In this document: piece by piece, positions 28,922-36,812 of the stretch
Layout: the number at the start of each line of letters is the position of its first letter
Position numbering within the stretch: the stretch's first letter is position 1
Origin: an uncultured virus (IMG/VR IMGVR_UViG_3300021197_000193)
Lineage: Duplodnaviria > Heunggongvirae > Uroviricota > Caudoviricetes
Direction: 5' to 3' (one strand)
Length of the DNA stretch: 64,000 bases
IMG/VR virus record: IMGVR_UViG_3300021197_000193
Location: 1 to 64,000 of that record
Position numbers and translations under genes: made by a program
The notes under the pieces: generated by a model
The model's database searches: none
What the model saw: the letters and a program-made list of their open reading frames with translations, nothing else
Told to the model about the DNA's origin: nothing

Positions 28922-30451
28922 ATGACAACTTATACACCATTATTAAAATTAGCTCTCCCTGTGCAGGGCGCTTTAGACGGTACATGGGGCGATACAGTTA
29001 ACAACAACATAACCTCTATGGTAGACGAAGCAGTTGCGGGCCGTGCGGTTATAAACTCTTGGACAGCTAACGCGCACGCATTAACAAGTGCTAACGGCAC
29101 AACCGCAGAATCTCGTGCAGCCATACTGGAGCTTACAGATACAAACAGTCAACTTTCTGGCAACGCTACAGTGACGTGCCCGGCGTTGTCAAAATTGTAC
29201 GTAATAAGAAATACTGTAGGAAGTAATAGGTCCGTTACGGTTAAAACAGCCGCAGGTACTGGTATCGTTGTACCTAATGGGACAACTACTATTTTGTTTT
29301 GTGATGGCACAAATGTGGTGTCGGCGTTAACAAACAGTAGCACCCTTGCGGTAAATGGTAACTCTTTATCTTTAGCGGGTAGTTTAACAACTGCAGGGGC
29401 GTATGCGCTTACTCTTACAACCACAGGGGCTTCAAATGTAACTTTGCCCACCACGGGCACTATAAGCACTCTGGCGGGCGCTGAAACGTTGACTAACAAG
29501 ACGCTTACAACCCCCACAATAAACGGTGGAGCTATAACAGGTATTACTGATTTAGCAGTGGTAGATGGAGGTACGGGTGCTTCCAGTGCTAGCGCAGCGC
29601 GAAATAATCTTGGCGCTCTTGGGGCACTTGTAGACGATACGTCTCCACAATTAGGTGGTGATTTGGATGTTGATGGCAATAATATAACGTTCGGTGCGTC
29701 TAACATCGCCCAGTTTGGTTCTGGTAACGAGCTGCAGTTATACCAAGATGGGCAAGCATACATTAAAAACGCTACCTCCAACCTTAATATTCAGTCGGAT
29801 GCGATTAATCTGCAGACTGTTACAGGCACGGAAAATATGGTTACGGGCGCAGTAAGCGGCGCAGTTACTTTATTTTACGATAACGGCGCGCGTATAGCTA
29901 CAAGTTCTGGTGGGGTCACTGTGTCTGGGGACATTGCGGTGACAGGCACAGTAGATGGACGTGACCTACAGGTTAATTTACCCGCAACGCTAGGGACCGC
30001 AGGGCAGAACCTTACCGTGAACGCCGCGGGTAACGCCGCAGAATGGGCGGATGCTAGTATAGCAGGGCGCTACATACTAACTGCTACTACGTCTAACGCT
30101 ACACAAACTATCGCCACAACAGACGGCGGTGCAGGGTCTACAAGCAACCAAATATTTCTAGCTGTTAGTTCCGCAATCATTTTTACAGGTACAGCAATCG
30201 TTCGACAACAGAGTAGTCAAGGCTCATCGGTATCTGCGTGGGATATTAAAGGCGTTGCACGTAGGGAGGCTTCTGGAAACGCAGTTGTTGTGGATAGCGA
30301 CATAACAGCAAGGACTAACGGTGGCGGGTATGGTATTGCTATATCAGCCTCGACTTCTGACGCAGGCGCACTTGAGGTAGCTGTAACTGGAGCATCGGCC
30401 AACCTTAAATGGGTCGTAGATATCCAAACAACTGATGTGGTGTATTCGTAA
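28922..30451 (+). CDS. Tail fibre/spike protein
   Basis: GTWGDTVNNN N-terminus, ETLTNKTLT, LAVVDGGTGAS, DTSPQLGGDLD fibre motifs. Confidence 0.8.
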   Translation: MTTYTPLLKLALPVQGALDGTWGDTVNNNITSMVDEAVAGRAVINSWTANAHALTSANGTTAESRAAILELTDTNSQLSGNATVTCPALSKLYVIRNTVGSNRSVTVKTAAGTGIVVPNGTTTILFCDGTNVVSALTNSSTLAVNGNSLSLAGSLTTAGAYALTLTTTGASNVTLPTTGTISTLAGAETLTNKTLTTPTINGGAITGITDLAVVDGGTGASSASAARNNLGALGALVDDTSPQLGGDLDVDGNNITFGASNIAQFGSGNELQLYQDGQAYIKNATSNLNIQSDAINLQTVTGTENMVTGAVSGAVTLFYDNGARIATSSGGVTVSGDIAVTGTVDGRDLQVNLPATLGTAGQNLTVNAAGNAAEWADASIAGRYILTATTSNATQTIATTDGGAGSTSNQIFLAVSSAIIFTGTAIVRQQSSQGSSVSAWDIKGVARREASGNAVVVDSDITARTNGGGYGIAISASTSDAGALEVAVTGASANLKWVVDIQTTDVVYS

Positions 30452-30684
30452 TGGGGATGGACGTAATTTGGAGCGCGGCGTTAACTGCGGTGATCGCCTT
30501 CATTTTATGGTGGATAAAGGCGCAACATGACGAATTAAAACGCGTTCAAATACTGCTTAATCGTACGAGAGAGGAACTAGCTAAGGAATACTCGACGAAG
30601 GTCGAGAGTAACACGTCCATCGACCGAGTTATTGCTAGGTTGGATGCTCTCGACGCTAAAATGGACCGGATGTTAGAGCGGTAA
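30451..30684 (+). CDS. Small membrane protein (lysis module)
   Basis: N-terminal transmembrane segment then coiled coil. Confidence 0.65.
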   Translation: MGMDVIWSAALTAVIAFILWWIKAQHDELKRVQILLNRTREELAKEYSTKVESNTSIDRVIARLDALDAKMDRMLER

Positions 30685-30701
30685 GTAACGGATGCGTGGT
30701 T

Positions 30702-31169
30702 ATGATAGAAGTATTAGCGTTAGCAGGTGCAGTCACTAAAATTGCTGGGGGTATAACTAGCGCTGTGCAAGCGGGTAGAGATGTTAACTCTTTGATGCCG
30801 CATTTTGGGAAGCTAGCTAAGTTAGAAGCAGACATTAATCTAGCAGAACAAGGAAAACACAAAGGTCCGTTAGGCCGTCTAACATCTTCAGAGGAAGAAG
30901 GGTTTGCCATAGCGCAAGCGAAGATGGCACACAAACAAGCTATGGATCAGCTCCGCAGCGCGTGCATGTTGTACGGACCCCCCGGAATGTGGGACTTGGT
31001 GGTACGCGAGCAAGCCGCGGCACGAACCAGACAAAAAGAAGCGTTAGAAGCGGCGGCGGCGGCACGGGATAGGCTTTTCTGGGGAATATCCCTTGTGCTG
31101 GGATTAGTTGTTTTTGTTGGTGGAATCGCACTTATGGTGTATACTGCAGATAAATTAGCAAACGGGTAG
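30702..31169 (+). CDS. Membrane-anchored hypothetical protein
   Basis: C-terminal hydrophobic helix. Confidence 0.65.
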   Translation: MIEVLALAGAVTKIAGGITSAVQAGRDVNSLMPHFGKLAKLEADINLAEQGKHKGPLGRLTSSEEEGFAIAQAKMAHKQAMDQLRSACMLYGPPGMWDLVVREQAAARTRQKEALEAAAAARDRLFWGISLVLGLVVFVGGIALMVYTADKLANG

Positions 31170-31172
31170 GCT

Positions 31173-31361
31173 ATGGAAAAAATACTTGCTTGGAAAATTA
31201 TGCCGCGTCTGATGATGCTGGTTATGACAATAATGTACATTCGTGTTTTGGAGTGGGGGATGAATCTCGACGACTTGTCAACGCAGCAAAGTGCAATGAT
31301 ATCAATATGTTCTGGGGCGCTTACGGGCGCGTTTGCCGTGTGGTTGGGGTCTGAGAAATGA
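31173..31361 (+). CDS. Small two-TM membrane protein
   Basis: Two hydrophobic stretches; AWKIMPRL motif. Confidence 0.65.
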   Translation: MEKILAWKIMPRLMMLVMTIMYIRVLEWGMNLDDLSTQQSAMISICSGALTGAFAVWLGSEK

Positions 31362-31747
31362 GTATTTTTACCGCTGCACTAGGGCCAATAGCCGACCTTG
31401 CGGGAAGTTGGCTGCAAGGTAAAGCAGACAAAAACGCTGCGGAAGCACGACTTAAACTTACTGAGGCCGAGGCGAAAGCAAAAATATTATTGTCAAAAGA
31501 AACAAGCGTTGCCGATTGGGAACGCATTATGGCGGAAGGCGCAAAATCAAGTTGGAAGGACGAATGGTTTGTGATTATTTTGTCTATCCCATTGATTTTA
31601 TGTTGGATTCCGGGCGCTGAAGGTTGGGTTGATCGTGGCTTTGAACAGCTTAACAAAGCGCCGGATTGGTACTTTTATAGCCTTGGAATTGCGATTTCAG
31701 CCAGTTTTGGTGTGCGCGGGGCACAGGCATTTTTTAAAAGGAAGTAA
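31358..31747 (+). CDS. Putative holin
   Basis: SSWKDEW motif, transmembrane helices, basic C-terminus, directly upstream of endolysin. Confidence 0.7.
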   Translation: MSIFTAALGPIADLAGSWLQGKADKNAAEARLKLTEAEAKAKILLSKETSVADWERIMAEGAKSSWKDEWFVIILSIPLILCWIPGAEGWVDRGFEQLNKAPDWYFYSLGIAISASFGVRGAQAFFKRK

Positions 31748-31748
31748 C

Positions 31749-32210
31749 ATGAGTTTTAAACTAAGTCAGCGCAGTTTGGACCGTATCGAAGGTATAGACG
31801 ACGAATTGTATACCCTTGTGCGTGCGGCTATACACAACACCCCGTATGATTTTGGTATTCCGCATCTAGGTGGCCTTAGAACCATAGAAGAGCAACGCAC
31901 CTTGGTAGATTCAGGCGCATCAAAAACTATGAAAAGCAAACATTTAGAAGGCAACGCGTTTGATTTTATGGTTTTTCTAGGGCCACGCGTGTGCTGGGAG
32001 TTAAAATTCTATGACGATGTTGCTGACGCTATTGTAAAAACCGCCAAAGAGATGGGCATCAAACAGTTAAAGTGGGGCGGTGCTTGGCATATAGACAATA
32101 TACTAGAGTGGGACGGCACAATGTTAGATGCTTACAACGCTTATGTAGACCTTCGGCGTAGCCAAGGACGTACACCTTTTGTAGACATGCCACATTTTCA
32201 GAAAGGGTAA
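31749..32210 (+). CDS. Endolysin, peptidase M15 (L-Ala-D-Glu peptidase-like)
   Basis: GGLRTIEEQ, SKHLEGNAFD (SxHxxGxAxD), WGGAW, DMPHFQ; start refined to 31749. Confidence 0.88.
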   Translation: MSFKLSQRSLDRIEGIDDELYTLVRAAIHNTPYDFGIPHLGGLRTIEEQRTLVDSGASKTMKSKHLEGNAFDFMVFLGPRVCWELKFYDDVADAIVKTAKEMGIKQLKWGGAWHIDNILEWDGTMLDAYNAYVDLRRSQGRTPFVDMPHFQKG

Positions 32211-32212
32211 TT

Positions 32213-32425
32213 ATGCGCGTTGAGAATAAAGCCAAAACACTAGAAAACGGTGCAGTAGACCCTGCGCATGTAATACACCAAGTGTGCGCTGCATGTGGGT
32301 ATGACCTAGATGAAGCAGAGTTGGCCGCAGATACTTGCGCTGATTGTGGGGCGGCACTAAACTTAAAACAACATATAGCTATAAGCGTTACTACGTTTCC
32401 CCCCGTGCTCGCTGAAACATCATAG
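32213..32425 (+). CDS. Zinc-ribbon protein
   Basis: CAAC...CADC. Confidence 0.65.
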   Translation: MRVENKAKTLENGAVDPAHVIHQVCAACGYDLDEAELAADTCADCGAALNLKQHIAISVTTFPPVLAETS

Positions 32426-32432
32426 GTGCAAT

Positions 32433-34298
32433 ATGCCGTTCCAAAAACTTATTTTTAAAGCGGGTATTAACGACGAACGTACAAGCTATTCTTCGGAAAA
32501 TGGTTGGTACGAGGGCGATAAAGTTCGTTTTCGTCAAGGGTTTCCTGAAAAAATAGGTGGCTGGAACAGGATATCTACGTCTACGTTTCAAGGCGTATGT
32601 CGTTCCTTGATGAACTGGGTTACCTTATCAGGGTTTAACCTTGTGGGTGTTGGCACCAACTTAAAGTTTTACTTGGAACAGGGTGGCGCGTATAACGACA
32701 TAACCCCTATTCGCGCTACTACGACTAACGCAGCGACTTTTGCAGCTAGTAATGGGAGCGCTGTTGTAACTGTAACTGATGCTAGTCACGGTGCGTCTAT
32801 TAATGACTTTGTTACTTTTAGCGATGCAGCGTCTTTAGGCGGCAACATCACCGCGGCGGTCTTAAACGTAGAACATCAGATAACAGCGGTCACTAGCGCC
32901 AATGCGTACACTATAACAGTGTCAGTCACAGCAAATTCATCTGATACGGGTAATGGAGGTTCTGCTACTGATGCAGCATACCAGATAACCACAGGGCAGT
33001 CGTCGGTTGTGCCGCTTACAGGTTGGGGCGCAGGTACGTGGGGCGGCGGTACTTGGGGTAATGGTCTAGCTTCTAACGAGGCTATTCGGCTTTGGAGTCA
33101 AGCCAACTTTGGGGAAGACTTGTTGTTCGCTGTGCGCGGCGGTTCCATATACTACTGGGACGCCACAAATGGTGTGTCAAATCGCGGGGTGCTTTTGTCT
33201 AGTCTTGGGGGCGCGTCTAACGTACCAACAATACAAAACTTACTACTGGTATCTGATATTAATAGGTTTGTGTTCTGTTTTGGGTGCAACAGCCTTGGTA
33301 GCGCTACGCAAGACCCCATGCTTGTACGTTGGTCAGATCAAGAAAGCGCGGTTAATTGGACCCCCGCTAGTACAAATCAAGCAGGTGGGCTTAACTTGTC
33401 TCGTGGTACAGAGATTGTAGCCGCCAAACAAGCCCGTCAAGAGGTTCTAGTTTGGTCTGACTCCGCGTTGTATTCCATGCAGTATGTAGGAGCACCCGCG
33501 GTCTGGGGCGCGCAGCTTGTAGGAGACAACATATCTATTGCTTCTCAAAACAGTGTGGCTTTTGCTAATGGCGTTGCGTACTGGATGGGTAAAGATAAGT
33601 TCTACAAGTATGATGGGCGCACACAGCCGCTACGCTGCGACATAAAAAGACATATATTTAACGACCTTAACACTTTGCAGTATGACCAGTTTTTTGCAGG
33701 GACTAACGAAGCGTTCCATGAAATATGGTGGTTCTATTGTTCTACAGGGCAGACAGAAATTGATCGTTATGCCATATACAATTACTTGGAGGATACTTGG
33801 TACTATGGTTCTTTAGGGCGCACTGCGTGGCTAGACTCTGGTCTTAGGAACTTTCCGCTTGCAGCTACCTACTCAAATAACTTGGTCAACCATGAAGATG
33901 GTATTGATGATAACGAGACAGGTGCAAACGCGGCAATAGCTGCAAACATATCGTCTTCTCAATTTGATTTGGGGGACGGCAGCAGGTTTTCTTTAATAAG
34001 TCGCGTGCTTCCTGACATGACATTTGAAGGGTCTACAACGGGCGCACCCGCGGCCACGCTTACACTGCAACCCATGGCAAACTCAGGGTCAGGATTTAAC
34101 AGTCCATTATCTGAAAGCGGCAACAGTGCAGGGACAATAACTCGTACGGCTACCGCACCTATAGAACAATACACAGACGAGTTATACATGCGCGTGCGGG
34201 GGCGACAGATGGTGATAAAAATAGAATCTACGGGGCAAGGAGTTATGTGGCAACTTGGAACACCTCGTTTAGATACTAGGCCAGACGGACGGCGTTAA
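32433..34298 (+). CDS. Tail nozzle / tubular protein B (P22 gp10-like stabilisation protein)
   Basis: 621 aa, beta-propeller-like (LVRWSDQE, YWMGKDKFYKYDG); position before ejection proteins. Confidence 0.7.
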   Translation: MPFQKLIFKAGINDERTSYSSENGWYEGDKVRFRQGFPEKIGGWNRISTSTFQGVCRSLMNWVTLSGFNLVGVGTNLKFYLEQGGAYNDITPIRATTTNAATFAASNGSAVVTVTDASHGASINDFVTFSDAASLGGNITAAVLNVEHQITAVTSANAYTITVSVTANSSDTGNGGSATDAAYQITTGQSSVVPLTGWGAGTWGGGTWGNGLASNEAIRLWSQANFGEDLLFAVRGGSIYYWDATNGVSNRGVLLSSLGGASNVPTIQNLLLVSDINRFVFCFGCNSLGSATQDPMLVRWSDQESAVNWTPASTNQAGGLNLSRGTEIVAAKQARQEVLVWSDSALYSMQYVGAPAVWGAQLVGDNISIASQNSVAFANGVAYWMGKDKFYKYDGRTQPLRCDIKRHIFNDLNTLQYDQFFAGTNEAFHEIWWFYCSTGQTEIDRYAIYNYLEDTWYYGSLGRTAWLDSGLRNFPLAATYSNNLVNHEDGIDDNETGANAAIAANISSSQFDLGDGSRFSLISRVLPDMTFEGSTTGAPAATLTLQPMANSGSGFNSPLSESGNSAGTITRTATAPIEQYTDELYMRVRGRQMVIKIESTGQGVMWQLGTPRLDTRPDGRR

Positions 34299-34915
34299 TG
34301 GCTAACGAAATTGACCAAGTTGACCCACCTGCGTTACCCCTAGCACCGGACACGTACAACAGACCGTTCACCGACCAACAAAGTAACGTTCTGCGCTTGT
34401 TTTTTCGACGGCTTACAAATGTGGTTACTACTCTAACCGCAACAGATGTAGGTGGTAAATTTCTGTACACCCCGTGCGCATCATTCTACAGTACGCAAGA
34501 TCAAACGGCTGGGTCTATTAACACAGGGTATGCGGTTACCTTTAATAACACTGCGTACAACAGCGCCGTTACGCTATCTAACAATAGTCGGATAAATGTA
34601 CAAAACGCAGGTGTATACAAGTTTGATGTTACACTGCAGTTAGAACACAACAACTCAAGCGAAACACCTGTAACTGTTTGGGAACAAAAGAACGGTAGCG
34701 CTGTAGCATATTCTGGTCATATGTTTGACGTAAAAGGTAACGACGATTACGTTATACACTGGGGTTTTACTACTGCGTTAGCTGCAAACGACTACGTAGA
34801 AGTCTATTGGGCAACAGGGGACACCCAGTTAAATTTGCACACAGAAGCAGCCACCTCTCCACATCCCGGCATCCCGTCTGCGTCTATAGACATATCCTTT
34901 GTAAGCAATGTATAA
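34298..34915 (+). CDS. Putative tail needle/plug protein with C1q-like C-terminal domain
   Basis: Follows the nozzle gene; beta-sandwich motifs (VTFNNT, GVYKFDVTLQ, LAANDYVEVYW). Confidence 0.5.
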   Translation: MANEIDQVDPPALPLAPDTYNRPFTDQQSNVLRLFFRRLTNVVTTLTATDVGGKFLYTPCASFYSTQDQTAGSINTGYAVTFNNTAYNSAVTLSNNSRINVQNAGVYKFDVTLQLEHNNSSETPVTVWEQKNGSAVAYSGHMFDVKGNDDYVIHWGFTTALAANDYVEVYWATGDTQLNLHTEAATSPHPGIPSASIDISFVSNV

Positions 34916-34916
34916 T
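34887..34916 (+). promoter_or_regulatory. Candidate sigma70 promoter for the ACP-KS cassette
   Basis: TAGACA-N18-TATAAT, 29 nt upstream of the ACP ATG. Confidence 0.5.
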
Positions 34917-34945
34917 AACCGCACCCTTAACAGCGAGGTGCGAAA

Positions 34946-35233
34946 ATGGACTTTATTGAATTATTTGATGCGTGCGTGCGTGACCACAAACCACGATTAG
35001 ACAAGTATACTAAACCTACATCCTTAGATGTTACTCTAGCAGAAGAAGATATTGGGCTAGACAGTTTAGATGTAACACTTACATTTGTTTTGTTGTTTGA
35101 AATATACGGAATACCAGAAACAGAAGACTTTAATGTGCCTACAGAATCATTACGCCATGTACGAGATTACATGTGGGAAAACAAAAGCCGTGATTTTGAT
35201 ACAGTAGAAGCAGCCATGGAGGTTGTGGCGTGA
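34946..35233 (+). CDS. Acyl carrier protein (ACP-like)
   Basis: 95 aa, acidic, DIGLDSLDV phosphopantetheinylation motif followed by helix and EIYGI; GAGG RBS; coupled to a ketosynthase. Confidence 0.85.
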   Translation: MDFIELFDACVRDHKPRLDKYTKPTSLDVTLAEEDIGLDSLDVTLTFVLLFEIYGIPETEDFNVPTESLRHVRDYMWENKSRDFDTVEAAMEVVA

Positions 35234-36342
35234 TATATTTAACTAAAATATACAGTAATTACGCCGAAACTCCTACACTGGTTGACGATGTGCCGTACCC
35301 ACAACATGCGTATATAATCCCCGAAACCTTTAAACGAGCTAAATCTGGGTTAAAATATCCCCCACATACGCTATTAGATACGGTGATTACCGACGAAGCT
35401 ATACAGTACGTGTTAGACAACCCTGTAACAGGCAAGACTGGGTTTATTTTTGCTGCGGGCAATCAAGGATGGATGGGCAACAACGGGCGTTATGATAAAG
35501 ACGACACTACGGAACTTCACTATAAAGTAAAATTACCTTTTATTGTACTAACAAACATATACGCAGGGCGTGTGGCTAGCATGTTTCATGTACACGACCA
35601 CGTATCTACGGACGCTAGCGCGTGCGCGTCCAGCTTAAAGGTAATGATGGACGTACAAAACCTTATGAACAATTTTGGGTTTGATCGCGTTATTGTGCTT
35701 AGTGGCGAAGATGCAGTCAACAACCTAACCTTAGAGTTTTTTGGTGAAGCAGGTGCGAGCCTGCAGTACAAAGATGAAGACCGCGTAAAACCATCTGCGT
35801 TCGACACAGTTAACCAAGGGTTCTTTCTAGGGCAAGGTGCAACGCTATGTATATTTGAAAAAGAACACGCGGTAGGACATGAACCGAAAGGCGCGTTTTT
35901 AGGTGCGTACACGTCCGCGGAAGATAACACAAACCCTCTTGGGCAACGATCTGATGGTGAAGGTTATTCTAAAGCTATAGAAGGCGCACTGCATATTTCT
36001 TGTACGCCTCCGTCTCTTGTGCAAGTTGTTAAGACCCACGGAACAGGTACAGAAGTTAACAACAAAGCAGAAAAAGCGGCGCTGCAACGTAGTTTGAGAG
36101 AATTTGTTGCTACATCGTACAAACCACGCATAGGACATACTATGGGCGCTAGCGGGTTATTAGAGACAGGGTTGTTGCTAAATGACCTTAAGTGCGGTAT
36201 AGTACCAAAAATCCTCAATAGGACCGAAGACGATAATGTGTTCTTATCCTATGATGCGCCAGCCCCTAAAGGGCCATTTCTTAGTCTAGCCGCTGGCATG
36301 GGTAACATCTATTCAGCCGCAATTTTTTCTACGGAGGTGTAG
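35230..36342 (+). CDS. Beta-ketoacyl-ACP synthase (FabB/FabF-like)
   Basis: Catalytic Cys in DASACASS, His in KTHGTGT, Lys and His in SYKPRIGHTMGASG; AFD...GFFLGQGA; GTGA coupling to ACP. Confidence 0.92.
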   Translation: MIYLTKIYSNYAETPTLVDDVPYPQHAYIIPETFKRAKSGLKYPPHTLLDTVITDEAIQYVLDNPVTGKTGFIFAAGNQGWMGNNGRYDKDDTTELHYKVKLPFIVLTNIYAGRVASMFHVHDHVSTDASACASSLKVMMDVQNLMNNFGFDRVIVLSGEDAVNNLTLEFFGEAGASLQYKDEDRVKPSAFDTVNQGFFLGQGATLCIFEKEHAVGHEPKGAFLGAYTSAEDNTNPLGQRSDGEGYSKAIEGALHISCTPPSLVQVVKTHGTGTEVNNKAEKAALQRSLREFVATSYKPRIGHTMGASGLLETGLLLNDLKCGIVPKILNRTEDDNVFLSYDAPAPKGPFLSLAAGMGNIYSAAIFSTEV

Positions 36343-36343
36343 G

Positions 36344-36811
36344 GTGGCGACTGTAATTGATAGCAAAACTACGCAGCTTGAGCCTGCGCAAGTCGTCATG
36401 GAATTTTCAGGTAGCTATAACACCACTAATCTTCCTCCCGCCGCGTTTGGGGCAGCGTTAATTAAAGAGTTTTCCATGCCCAATACAGATATAGTGCAAT
36501 ATGGAAATACAGTGTTTATAGGGCATCGTGGTACAGGAAAAAACAAACACCAAATGTGGGGTCGTGGTTTAACAGTAGATACGGCGCAAAACTTCATTGT
36601 TGCAGGGTTAAAATACTTTACACATTTGCAGGATTTGGGTGTAACGCATTACAGAACGCAATACGATGGTAACATTTATGACAGCGCTTTTCGTGCGTGG
36701 AAACGATACGCAGACAGGGCGGACACTAAAGTAGCGGCAGGGCGAACTGCTTCAGGGAAGACTCAAGGGTTTGTTATGCTAGGCAAAATACCCTTAACAG
36801 AGGTGGTGTAG
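36344..36811 (+). CDS. Hypothetical protein (possible GNAT-like fold)
   Basis: 155 aa alpha/beta ORF with GGAGG RBS; occupies the position of T7 gp13/P22 gp14-type proteins before the ejection genes; fold is inference. Confidence 0.55.
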   Translation: MATVIDSKTTQLEPAQVVMEFSGSYNTTNLPPAAFGAALIKEFSMPNTDIVQYGNTVFIGHRGTGKNKHQMWGRGLTVDTAQNFIVAGLKYFTHLQDLGVTHYRTQYDGNIYDSAFRAWKRYADRADTKVAAGRTASGKTQGFVMLGKIPLTEVV

Positions 36812-36812
36812 T

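Noticed and set aside
34946..36342. ACP-KS as host chromosomal contamination or prophage boundary
   Set aside because: Genes are co-oriented and tightly coupled to phage virion genes on both sides, with no other host fab genes and no gap nearby.
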